A DNA stretch of 64,000 nt from Candidatus Saccharibacteria bacterium CPR2 (lineage in GTDB: Bacteria > Patescibacteriota > Saccharimonadia > Saccharimonadales > QWHN01). The stretch is from NCBI GenBank assembly GCA_021404905.1, contig QWHN01000005.1:16102-80101 (forward strand). Reading direction: 5' to 3'. Under the pieces are notes generated by a model. That model did no database searches and was not told where the DNA came from. It saw only the letters and a list, made by a program, of their open reading frames with translations. Shown here one piece after another: positions 19,613 to 28,381 of the stretch; the stretch's first letter is position 1, and each line of letters starts with the position of its first letter. Position numbers and translations under genes: made by a program.

Positions 19613-20344
19613 ATGAAGAAGAGGGTAGATGGTTCTTATTTGATGCGCGATCAGCATTCCTTGCGGCTAGTTGTAGCTGCGGCACATGAATTAAAAACAC
19701 CGTTAACGTTAATCAGCAACCTTGCGTCTGTTATTAGCAAGCAAAATAATGGTGGAGCGATAAATCAGGACCATATTGATAGAATTGAAATGTCTAGTGA
19801 TCGGCTCCTGAGGCTGATTGACTCAATATTACTGGGCGGTGAAGTGGGGCAAGGTCAGAGCGAGCTAACACTTGAGCCTATCTGTGTACCAAAAATAATA
19901 GAAGATGTTGTGCATGAAATAAGTCCTTTGGCCCGAGCATATGATCATAAAATTGAAATCACATCGCACAAACCTTCTTATTTGGCAGTAGCTAATAAAG
20001 AAGCGCTATTTCAAGTTTTATATAACCTGTTTGATAACGCCATAAAATACTCACATTCAAAAACTATAGTTAAAATTGAAACCAGAAATTATCAGGAAAA
20101 AATTCGTATTAACGTAAGTGATGAGGGGGCGAGCATAGGATCAAGAGAACTTAAAAGAATGTTCCGTATGTTTGGCAGAGTGCGTCAGCCTATCAATAAC
20201 TATGCCGGCAGTAGTGGGCTTGGACTTTATATATCCAGTCAACTGGTTGATTCGATGAATGGTCAAATGGGAGTAAATAAGTTGGAAAACGGCAGCTGTT
20301 TTTTCGTATCTTTACCGCGTAGCATGCAAACACAATTACTGTAA
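19613..20344 (+). CDS. Minimal soluble histidine kinase (DHp + HATPase only)
   Basis: 243 aa. H-box AAAHELKTPLT, N-box LFDNAIKY and G-boxes DEGASI / GSSGLGL. No TM or sensor domain. Confidence 0.8.
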   Translation: MKKRVDGSYLMRDQHSLRLVVAAAHELKTPLTLISNLASVISKQNNGGAINQDHIDRIEMSSDRLLRLIDSILLGGEVGQGQSELTLEPICVPKIIEDVVHEISPLARAYDHKIEITSHKPSYLAVANKEALFQVLYNLFDNAIKYSHSKTIVKIETRNYQEKIRINVSDEGASIGSRELKRMFRMFGRVRQPINNYAGSSGLGLYISSQLVDSMNGQMGVNKLENGSCFFVSLPRSMQTQLL

Positions 20345-20358
20345 TAAAAGCGTTGTTT

Positions 20359-20739
20359 ATGGCAAAAATTTTATTAATTGAAGATGATATGTGGCTTGCG
20401 GAGCTTTACATTAGCGAGCTAAAAAATTCCGGGCATGAAATTTTCCATGCGCGTACAGCCCAGGAAAGCATGGATCTTTTAGATGAAAATAACGCAGAAA
20501 TTATACTACTAGACATAATGTTGCCAGAGCACAACGGCATAGAAGTTTTGCATGAGTTACAGTCGTATGAAGATTGGAATGACATTCCGGTTGTGTTGCT
20601 AAGTACTATATCGCCTCAACAATTTCGGCTCTCTCAAAAACAATGGGAAGAATACGGAGTTGTTAAATATCTGTATAAACCTCAGGTGAAACCAAATGAT
20701 TTGGCGCTGATAATCGAAGGCCTAGTAGCTGATGAATAA
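20359..20739 (+). CDS. Stand-alone receiver-domain response regulator
   Basis: The ATG at 20359 gives MAKILLIEDD. REC fold only (ILLDIMLP, VLLST...YLYKP), no output domain. Confidence 0.8.
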   Translation: MAKILLIEDDMWLAELYISELKNSGHEIFHARTAQESMDLLDENNAEIILLDIMLPEHNGIEVLHELQSYEDWNDIPVVLLSTISPQQFRLSQKQWEEYGVVKYLYKPQVKPNDLALIIEGLVADE

Positions 20740-21418
20740 ATATCAGACCAAAGCAATAATAGTTCGCAGAATTGATTATGGAGAGGCAGACCGTATTGTT
20801 ACTTTCGTGACAGAGGGTAACGGCATGGTTAGTGCATTGGCTAAAGGAGTTCGTAAGTTATCAAGCAAGCTTGCCGGAGGACTGGAACTGTTTTCTATAA
20901 GCAACGTAACTTTTTTAAAAGGCAGGGGAGAACTTGAGAGAGTTATATCTACGCGTCTTGAGAAACATTTTGGAGAAATCATTAAAGATTATGACAGGAC
21001 AAAATTGGCCTATGATATTTTAAAAAAAACGGCTAAGCGTTTTGAGCATGACAAAACTGATGACGGCTATAAATTGTTGGAACTTAGTCTGAACCAGCTA
21101 AATGATCGCGATATAAATTTACATGTAATTGAACTATGGTTTTATCTAAATCTATTAAAAATTTATGGCCATCAGCCAAATGTTGATCGTGATGGTTCGG
21201 GTAATCCACTAAAAGAAAAAGGGACATACGATTTTGACATAGAACACGGAGCTTTTGTCGCCAAAAGTAATGGTTACTACGAGGCTAATCACATAAAAAC
21301 CGTGCGGTTATTACTAGACAGACTTCCGGTTCAGATAACTAGCATCAATGGTATTAGTGAAAAATCTGGAGAAATTCTGCCAGTTATCAGAAGATTTTCA
21401 GATTTTTGGTTGCATTAA
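20732..21418 (+). CDS. recO: DNA repair protein RecO
   Basis: 228 aa. N-terminal OB-fold pattern (KAIIVRRIDYGEADRIVTFVTEGNG...ALAKGVRK) is typical of RecO. Confidence 0.8.
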   Translation: MNKYQTKAIIVRRIDYGEADRIVTFVTEGNGMVSALAKGVRKLSSKLAGGLELFSISNVTFLKGRGELERVISTRLEKHFGEIIKDYDRTKLAYDILKKTAKRFEHDKTDDGYKLLELSLNQLNDRDINLHVIELWFYLNLLKIYGHQPNVDRDGSGNPLKEKGTYDFDIEHGAFVAKSNGYYEANHIKTVRLLLDRLPVQITSINGISEKSGEILPVIRRFSDFWLH

Positions 21419-21468
21419 TTCAAAATCATTTTTTGCATTTTTAATCTGTTAACATTACACTTAAATTC

Positions 21469-22803
21469 ATGAATAATAAAAAGCCTTCTTTGGAAGATAT
21501 TGTTTCGCTTTGTAAAAGGCGGGGGTTTATATATCAGGGTTCGGAAATATATGGAGGTTTAGCCGGAACGTGGGATTATGGTCCGCTTGGGGTACAGCTA
21601 AAAAGAAACATTACAAATCTTTGGTGGAAAACATTTGTTGAGGATCGCGAAGATATGTATGGCGTCGATGCGTCAATTTTAATGAACCAAAAAGTTTGGC
21701 AGGCTAGTGGCCACACGGAAACATTTGCTGATCCAATGATAGTTTGTAAAGAGTGTGGGCAGGCTTACCGCGAAGATCATTTAGACTACGCAAAACCATG
21801 TATAAAATGTGGCAGTAAAGATTCTTACGGTGCCGCTCGTCCGTTCAACATGATGTTCAAAACCAACGTTGGCCCAATTGAAAACGAAAGCTCTATAAGT
21901 TATTTAAGACCAGAAACAGCTCAGGGTATTTTTACTAATTATAAAAACATCGTTGATAATTTTTATCCGGATATTCCTTTTGGCATTGCACAAATTGGCA
22001 AGGCATTTCGTAATGAAATATCTCCCCGTGACTTTGTGTTTCGTTCGCGCGAATTCGAACAGATGGAAATTGAATTTTTCGTGCATCCAGACAATTGGCA
22101 AGAATGGTTTGAACGTTGGTTGGAATTAATTCGTGGATTTTTGGCTATGCTTTCGATTCCTTCACGCAGCTACCATGAGGTTGAAGTTGAAGAAAAAGAA
22201 AGAGCGCACTATAGCAAGAGGACTGTGGATTTCGATTTTGATTACCCTCATAAGAGTGATGAGTTATTAGGATTGGCATATCGCACAGATTTTGATTTGA
22301 CCAACATCCAAAAAGCAACTGGAAAAAGTATGGAGTATCGCCCTAAAGATAATAGTAGGCCATTTGTGCCTCATGTAATAGAACCAAGCTTTGGAGTTGA
22401 AAGGTTAATAATGGCGGTTCTAACCAGTGCTTACGCAGAAGATGAAGTGGGAGGTGAAAAACGTGTGTTCCTGAGACTGCCGGAAAATATAGCGCCAGTC
22501 AAGATTGCAGTTTTTCCACTACTTAAAAACAAACCGGAATTAATCGAAAAAGCTAGGGAAGTATACAAAATGTTGAAGAAAAACGTTGCTGTTATGCCTG
22601 GGCTTCAAAGCCTTGGCGAAGTAGCCTGGGATGATAACGGCAACATTGGCAAACGCTACCGTCGCCAAGATGAAATCGGCACGCCAAAGTGCGTTACTAT
22701 CGATTTTGACACTTTAGAAAACGATACCGTAACCGTAAGAGATCGCGATACGACCAAACAAGCCAGAGTCAAAATAGACGAATTAATAACTTCACTAGAA
22801 TAG
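21469..22803 (+). CDS. glyQS: Glycine--tRNA ligase (homodimeric class II type)
   Basis: 444 aa. RRGFIYQGSEIYGGLAGTWDYGPLG, FRNEISPR and GVERL motifs, plus a C-terminal anticodon-binding domain. Confidence 0.9.
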   Translation: MNNKKPSLEDIVSLCKRRGFIYQGSEIYGGLAGTWDYGPLGVQLKRNITNLWWKTFVEDREDMYGVDASILMNQKVWQASGHTETFADPMIVCKECGQAYREDHLDYAKPCIKCGSKDSYGAARPFNMMFKTNVGPIENESSISYLRPETAQGIFTNYKNIVDNFYPDIPFGIAQIGKAFRNEISPRDFVFRSREFEQMEIEFFVHPDNWQEWFERWLELIRGFLAMLSIPSRSYHEVEVEEKERAHYSKRTVDFDFDYPHKSDELLGLAYRTDFDLTNIQKATGKSMEYRPKDNSRPFVPHVIEPSFGVERLIMAVLTSAYAEDEVGGEKRVFLRLPENIAPVKIAVFPLLKNKPELIEKAREVYKMLKKNVAVMPGLQSLGEVAWDDNGNIGKRYRRQDEIGTPKCVTIDFDTLENDTVTVRDRDTTKQARVKIDELITSLE

Positions 22804-22811
22804 GCTCGGCT

Positions 22812-23285
22812 CTATAAGTAATTAAATATTTTTGTTTTCTTGGAATTTATATCATTTTCGATGTTGGTTTCGGATAGGAACTTAGGCAAGATGAAATTAT
22901 TCTTTGGATCTATAAAATCAATATTAGCAATCTCAGTTTCCCCATGAGTTGTTTTTGATAAATCAATTTTTCGGTAGTCTTCGGGGTTTTCTACATTAAA
23001 GAAAAATTCAATATATTCGTAAGTTCCGTCATTGTATTGTTGAACGTAAAGAAGATCCCCAACAGTTGGTTCTATGCCTGTTTCTTCTACCATCTCGCGT
23101 TTTATACAACTGAGTATATCTTCTTCGGGATCAAGTTTGCCCCCCGGAGTACTCCAAAACTCGTTTATTTTTCCGTTTTGTTCACTATGTATTTGTCTGG
23201 CGCACAACAATCTACCATTAAGGAAGCACACTCCTCTTGCGGTAACGAGCCTTTTTACTTGCATAGGTAGAATGATACCACACAA
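22812..23285 (-). CDS. NUDIX hydrolase
   Basis: 157 aa. Nudix box GGKLDPEEDILSCIKREMVEETGI. The true start may be the internal Met (MQVKRL). Confidence 0.8.
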   Translation of the reverse strand: MCGIILPMQVKRLVTARGVCFLNGRLLCARQIHSEQNGKINEFWSTPGGKLDPEEDILSCIKREMVEETGIEPTVGDLLYVQQYNDGTYEYIEFFFNVENPEDYRKIDLSKTTHGETEIANIDFIDPKNNFILPKFLSETNIENDINSKKTKIFNYL

Positions 23286-23329
23286 TAAAACTTACAAGAT
23301 GTTATTATTTAAGCGTTATAATTTTCATA

Positions 23330-24120
23330 TTGATGAATATATTTTTAAAAATAAAAAATTGGTTAAATAAAATACCTCCTAAGTATCAAGTGCATATCAG
23401 CGTAGTTTTTATCTGTGGGTTTTTCCTGATATTTGGGGCAGTAGGGATCAAATATGCCGGCGGTAATATAATGCGTAACCTGGTTCCGTATGAAGAACCA
23501 GAAGGTTATAGTCAAATTGATATTCCTCCGGAAAAAAGTAGAGCGACTGAAGAGAACCAAAGCTCTGAGAATGAAGAAAACAGTGGCGGGCAGAATCAGA
23601 AAAAAAATACATCTACTAATTCGTCAGGACTTTCCGGATCCTCTGGCGCTGGCACATATAATGGGTCAAACGAAAGCAGTCAGACTCAGAATCAAAACAT
23701 TAGTACTGATCCTATTATTCACAGTAATAGCTCAAGCATTGCCTATGTTAATAATTTAAGATCCCAAGTTGGAGCCGGCACTTTAACAGAAGATAGTGTT
23801 TTAAATCAAAATGCGAAAAATTACGCGCTTTATTTAGCAAACAATTGTTTAGACTTGACCCATCAAGATTTAAAAACCCTTTTCTCGGGTCAAAGCTTGG
23901 AAACGGAGCCGCTATTACGGCATATGCTGAAAATTTGGCTACCGCTTGGGGGTATAGCGACAACATTAGCCAGATGCTAAATATGCTAAAAGATTCCCCA
24001 AGCCACTATGCGAATATGGTCAGTTCACAGATGCAGTATATCGGTATTTCAATAGTTGAATCTGGCAACGTAAACTGCAAAGATCACTTTTATATGGTTC
24101 AGCATTTTGCTCGTGGTTAA
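23330..24120 (+). pseudogene. Secreted CAP/SCP (YkwD-like) domain protein split by a frameshift
   Basis: Two overlapping ORFs (23330-23980 and 23845-24120). The first carries a TM anchor, a Ser/Asn/Gln-rich linker and the N-terminal half of a CAP domain (NNLRSQVGAGTL...AKNYALYLA...LTH). The second carries the C-terminal half (AYAENLA...SPSHYANMV...YIGISIVES...YMVQHFA). The frame change maps near the A5-C3-T4 run at 23872-23883. Confidence 0.6.
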
Positions 24121-24207
24121 GAGGTATCGCTATATATCTCAGAATATTGTATAATCATATTATCAAATATAATATACACTTAAAAAATACGTCGGAAGCA
24201 AAATATA

Positions 24208-24846
24208 ATGAGACAAACTCCGCCAGACATAACTCCAAAAGCTGAAAGAGAAGCTTGCGGCGAAATAATTGACCTCATTCCGAAATCAGTCGATGTTTCT
24301 TTTTTCAATAATTATTTGGAGCATGTTTTAAACGGAAAGCGCATGGCTAGAGCCACACAATTAAATCCTGCCAAACAGGGCGGTATTAGAGTTTCTCGTC
24401 GTGATATCGTAATTCAAAATGATACACGTACAGAGGAAAGTTGTGCGGCTTATGAACAACAATTTACAGTTGTTTTACGCGAATTGATTATTTATGGTGG
24501 GCATAAACATGAGTTAACCCGTGCCATCCAAAGTGATAAAAGCGGTAATATAATGGGCAGGATTGAACTGGCAGAGCTGTCTGACGACGGATACGCAAGA
24601 CCCAAACGTCCGAGTGATTTGGCAATCAGGAAAATACTTGGAAAGCGGTATTCTGATAATACGCAACGTCGAAATGAACTAATAGAGGGTTTTGGCCTTG
24701 AGGAAATGTTTTCCCCGTATGATATAGATAATGGGCCGGTCGGGATAACAAACGACCCTAACAGCGCCGAAATTTCAGAAGTATTAAAAATCATAGCGTG
24801 TCTTAACAGGGAAGGTACGTTTCAACAAACACAATTAACGGCTTAA
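24208..24846 (+). CDS. Hypothetical protein (orphan)
   Basis: 212-aa ORF. No motif recognised. Confidence 0.45.
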   Translation: MRQTPPDITPKAEREACGEIIDLIPKSVDVSFFNNYLEHVLNGKRMARATQLNPAKQGGIRVSRRDIVIQNDTRTEESCAAYEQQFTVVLRELIIYGGHKHELTRAIQSDKSGNIMGRIELAELSDDGYARPKRPSDLAIRKILGKRYSDNTQRRNELIEGFGLEEMFSPYDIDNGPVGITNDPNSAEISEVLKIIACLNREGTFQQTQLTA

Positions 24847-24873
24847 AATAATTATTAAAATTTTTAAGATGAT

Positions 24874-25434
24874 ATGATTAAGATAATGAACAAAAACGGA
24901 AGCAAAAATAAAAATAACAACTACGCTTTCATTGATGGGCAAAATTTGCATTCAGGTGTGTCGAGTCTTGGGTGGAAAGTCGATTATAAAAAATTCCGTG
25001 AGTATCTTCGTGATGAATTTGGCGTAGTAAAAGCATTTTTATTTATTGGTTTCATGGAGGAAAATCAGGATTTATATAATGCGCTTCAGGACGCGGGCTT
25101 TATACTGTTTTTCAAACCAATTCTTAGACACCACGATGATGCTGTAAAAGGCAATATTGATACTGAATTAGTGCTGCATGTAATGATCGAACTAGGCAAT
25201 TATAACCAGGCAGTAATTGTTAGCGGGGACGGTGACTTCGTGAGTTTAGTCAGGCATCTCATTAGTATAAATAAATTACGAGCGCTAATAATCCCGAATA
25301 AAGAGGGGATGTCGTCTTTATACAAGAGGATCCCGGAAAACGAACAAAATAAATATTTTGTTTATGTTAATGAAGTGCGCGGAAAAATTGGCTTCAAAAA
25401 CAAAAAAATATTTGGCAAAAACCATAAAAATTGA
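24874..25434 (+). CDS. NYN/LabA-like (PIN-related) domain protein, putative ribonuclease
   Basis: 186 aa. YAFIDGQNL near the N-terminus and VSGDGDF later are characteristic acidic motifs of the NYN/LabA (DUF88) fold. Confidence 0.7.
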   Translation: MIKIMNKNGSKNKNNNYAFIDGQNLHSGVSSLGWKVDYKKFREYLRDEFGVVKAFLFIGFMEENQDLYNALQDAGFILFFKPILRHHDDAVKGNIDTELVLHVMIELGNYNQAVIVSGDGDFVSLVRHLISINKLRALIIPNKEGMSSLYKRIPENEQNKYFVYVNEVRGKIGFKNKKIFGKNHKN

Positions 25435-25503
25435 CAAACTAAAATCCTTATGCTAACGTAGGGATCAGCGTTAAGCTTAAATTAAAATAAAAAAGGAGAG
25501 GTT

Positions 25504-25746
25504 ATGGATTTTGATAACAACAATCCTGTAACTAATGACGATGACCAGCAAGACGTGCAAGGTCAACAGGGTGTTCCAGCTGAAGGTGGAGACTCTAGCG
25601 TCCCAACTGAACCATCTCAAGATGCTGGTGGTGACGTAGGTGGTGGAGATTCAGCTCCAGTATCCGAAGATGGTGACGATCAGGGATCTGACGTCGGTGC
25701 TGAGCCATCTAGTGACAACGAAAACGACCAGTCTCAACAAGTTTGA
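25504..25746 (+). CDS. Extremely acidic small protein (80 aa, no basic residues)
   Basis: ATG preceded by AAAGGAGAGG and followed by a strong intrinsic terminator. 16 Asp + 5 Glu and no Lys/Arg/His. Low-complexity D/G/Q/S/P composition. Confidence 0.6.
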   Translation: MDFDNNNPVTNDDDQQDVQGQQGVPAEGGDSSVPTEPSQDAGGDVGGGDSAPVSEDGDDQGSDVGAEPSSDNENDQSQQV

Positions 25747-25770
25747 TCACACAACTCATAACAACAAATA

Positions 25771-25806
25771 AAAGCCCTCTTTAAAGAGGGCTTTTATTAT
25801 TTTTTA
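25771..25806 (+). terminator. Rho-independent terminator
   Basis: Perfect palindrome gccctctttaaagagggc (25774-25791) followed by ttttattatttttt. Confidence 0.8.
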
Positions 25807-25874
25807 TTACGGTTATCTATTTGTTTTTCTTTGGGGAAAGGTAAAAAAGCTTAAAATCTAGTACACTACTACGT

Positions 25875-27125
25875 ATGAGTTTAAAAAAAATAAAATACTG
25901 GGGGGCTAGTACCTCTGCTCATCAAGTTGAAGGAAATAATCACAATCAATGGTCAATATGGGAGCTTGCAAGTGCTAATGAGCTGTCAAAATCTGCGCCA
26001 AAACGTTATGGCTGGTTAGAGAATTGGGCAGAGATAAGCAAAGAAGCTCAAGATCCAAACAATTACGTCTCTGGCGTCTCGGCGGATCATTATCGTTTAT
26101 ATAAAGAAGACTTTGATTTAGCAAAAAAATTAAATTTCAATGCATTTCGTTTTAGTATTGAGTGGTCACGTATAGAGCCTGAAGAAGGTAAGTGGGACGA
26201 ATCTGCAATTGAATATTACAAAAATTATGTAAGAGAACTTCGGGCAAGAAACTTTGAACCATTCGTGACTCTTTTTCATTTTACTCTTCCAGATTGGTTT
26301 GCCGAAAAAGGAGGTTTCTTATATTCAAAAAATATTGTGTATTTTACCAGGTTTGTAGAAAAAATTATTTCAGAAGTAAAAGACGTTACCTATATTACAA
26401 CTATAAACGAGCCTGGGGTCTATACTTTTATGAGCTATATGAATGGCAAATGGCCTCCTCAGGAAAAATCAAGAATAAAAACCTTATCCTTGATAATTAA
26501 CCTGGCATCAGCACACAAAAAAGCGTACAAGATCATTAAAAAGATTAATCCAAATTGCAAAATTGGAATTAGTAAAAACTATTCTTACTTTTATACTCAT
26601 AACAACAGCCTGGAAGAAAAAATTATGGTCAAAGCGTTAGATTATCTCAGTAACTTGTGGTTTTTGAATAGAGTAAAGAAACACGAAGATTTTATCGGTA
26701 TAAATTTTTACTTTAGCAATCGCATTTCTGGGTTCAGGGTAAGAAACCCAAACAGCAAAGTCAATGACTTGGGCTGGGATATGAAACCACAAAATTTATA
26801 CCAAATTCTAGTTCGTCTACATTCAAAATATGCAAAACCTATTTTTATTACCGAAAGTGGTGTTGCAGATAGAAAAGACGTACACAGAAAATGGTGGATT
26901 CAACAATCATTAAAAGCCATTGATAAAGCCATTGCTCAGGGAGTGGAGGTGGGTGGATATTTGCATTGGAGTTTGCTAGATAATTTCGAGTGGGCGGACG
27001 GTTTTTGGCCAAGATTCGGTTTGATAGAAGTTGATTATAAAACCCTTCAAAGAAAACCGCGCCCAAGCGCACTATGGTATGGTGAATTTATAAGTAAAAT
27101 TGTAAATACCAAAGAGTTAAAGTAG
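25875..27125 (+). CDS. Glycoside hydrolase family 1 (beta-glucosidase-like)
   Basis: 416 aa. GH1 acid/base TINEPG and nucleophile ITESG motifs. N-terminal WGASTSAHQVEG. Confidence 0.9.
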   Translation: MSLKKIKYWGASTSAHQVEGNNHNQWSIWELASANELSKSAPKRYGWLENWAEISKEAQDPNNYVSGVSADHYRLYKEDFDLAKKLNFNAFRFSIEWSRIEPEEGKWDESAIEYYKNYVRELRARNFEPFVTLFHFTLPDWFAEKGGFLYSKNIVYFTRFVEKIISEVKDVTYITTINEPGVYTFMSYMNGKWPPQEKSRIKTLSLIINLASAHKKAYKIIKKINPNCKIGISKNYSYFYTHNNSLEEKIMVKALDYLSNLWFLNRVKKHEDFIGINFYFSNRISGFRVRNPNSKVNDLGWDMKPQNLYQILVRLHSKYAKPIFITESGVADRKDVHRKWWIQQSLKAIDKAIAQGVEVGGYLHWSLLDNFEWADGFWPRFGLIEVDYKTLQRKPRPSALWYGEFISKIVNTKELK

Positions 27126-27683
27126 CTGGAATGTATGAACAATTTCATAAGTTCGAGGGGCTTTGTTTAAGAACATGTGGATTTGTTGAAAATTTACCTT
27201 AAGTGGCAAATCAAAATAATTTTGCGTATTTCTGATGAGCCTCTTAAGGCTTTGATCGGCAAACTGCTTATAAGGCTTTGTTTGTATTAAAGTTATGTGA
27301 GGTGTAAATTCCTGCTTAATATGCCCGTCAACCGTAGATTGAATATCTAAATTGTCTATTAGAGATTCGTGTGTCGTCCTTAAAACCCCGACTTTATCGC
27401 TAAGGGCAATATGCAAAACACGATTATTAAAGTGATTAATAGTGTTTAATGTTGCTGAAAATGATTTTAATTTTGAGTTGATATCTTTTAGCCTTTGCAA
27501 TGATTCAGATAAACTCAGTTCGTTGAGTACATTTGGCGGCACTAGCGTAATGTGAGGAATAATAGGCCGCATGTATATGTCTTTATCTATAAACTGTGTT
27601 TGATATCTGCTGATTAGGCTTGAGATTGGCTCAGGAATACTTAGCCCTATAAAGTATCTGTTTTTTTCTTGATATTTATTCAT
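27117..27683 (-). CDS. 2H phosphoesterase family protein (2'-5' RNA ligase / LigT-ThpR-like)
   Basis: 188 aa with two H-x-T-x motifs (PHITLVPP and PHITLIQT) at the expected spacing. Confidence 0.75.
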   Translation of the reverse strand: MNKYQEKNRYFIGLSIPEPISSLISRYQTQFIDKDIYMRPIIPHITLVPPNVLNELSLSESLQRLKDINSKLKSFSATLNTINHFNNRVLHIALSDKVGVLRTTHESLIDNLDIQSTVDGHIKQEFTPHITLIQTKPYKQFADQSLKRLIRNTQNYFDLPLKVNFQQIHMFLNKAPRTYEIVHTFQLL

Positions 27684-27900
27684 CTCTCATACGTTTCCAG
27701 TCTTAGATATCAGTATACTCCAATCAAAAATGCGTGGAACCTTTGGCTACAAGACCACTAAATACAATCAGCAGTTGTGTTACGTACGACAAATGAAACA
27801 CTAGATGTCGTGTTAAGTTTTTTGGGATGACATGGAATTCCACATTTGTGTGGAAAACTAAGCATAAAATTGTTATGACAAATACTAAATTACTATAGAC

Positions 27901-27950
27901 GTGGGTAGTTGTGGGTAGTAATATAGTTCTCAGTGGGTAGCCGTGGGTAG
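27901..27950 (+). promoter_or_regulatory. Probable MraZ operator: four GTGGGTAG direct repeats
   Basis: GTGGGTAG at 27901, 27911, 27933 and 27943 (spacings 10, 22, 10 bp), 66-115 bp upstream of the mraZ ATG. Confidence 0.7.
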
Positions 27951-28015
27951 CCCAACAAACAAAAGGCCACCACACGCGAAAACAAAAATAACCACTAACT
28001 TAACAAATAACACCT

Positions 28016-28381
28016 ATGACCACTATAGATTATTTTGAACGCAAGCTTGATGAAAAGCGCAGACTGACAATTCCAGCTGAGCTTCGTCATGAATTTGCGG
28101 GCAGAGAGGTGGTCTTAACGCGTGGCTTCAAAAACTATCTACATCTCTACACCCAAGAAACCTGGGAGCAGAAAGTAGAACCTCGCTTAAAAGGAGATGT
28201 CCTGAGCGAGGAAGTTGCCGACCTCAATGTACAATTTCGTTTGGGAAAAGTTACAGCCCAGATGGATGATAAGCAGGGAAGGGTAACTATTGAGCAGCAT
28301 TTACTGGATTATGCCGGAATCGACAAATCCGTAATTGCTGTACGCGTAGGTGATTACTGGCGCCTTATGCCGGGTTCTTAG
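28016..28381 (+). CDS. mraZ: Transcriptional regulator MraZ
   Basis: 121 aa. Duplicated SpoVT/AbrB-like halves with LDEKRRLTIP and MDDKQGRVTI. First gene of the dcw cluster. Confidence 0.85.
   Translation: MTTIDYFERKLDEKRRLTIPAELRHEFAGREVVLTRGFKNYLHLYTQETWEQKVEPRLKGDVLSEEVADLNVQFRLGKVTAQMDDKQGRVTIEQHLLDYAGIDKSVIAVRVGDYWRLMPGS

Noticed and set aside
23868-23886. Programmed -1 ribosomal frameshift joining the two CAP-domain ORFs
   Set aside because: In the upstream frame the codons are tta aaa acc ctt ttc. No X XXY YYZ slippery heptamer is formed and no obvious downstream stimulatory structure is seen. An indel, either real or an assembly error, is the simpler explanation.
27724-27975. 83-aa minus-strand ORF in the ligT-mraZ spacer
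   Set aside because: It overlaps the four GTGGGTAG boxes and the mraZ promoter region. It has an odd Trp/His/Thr-rich composition, no SD sequence and no recognisable motif. It is best explained as non-coding regulatory DNA.
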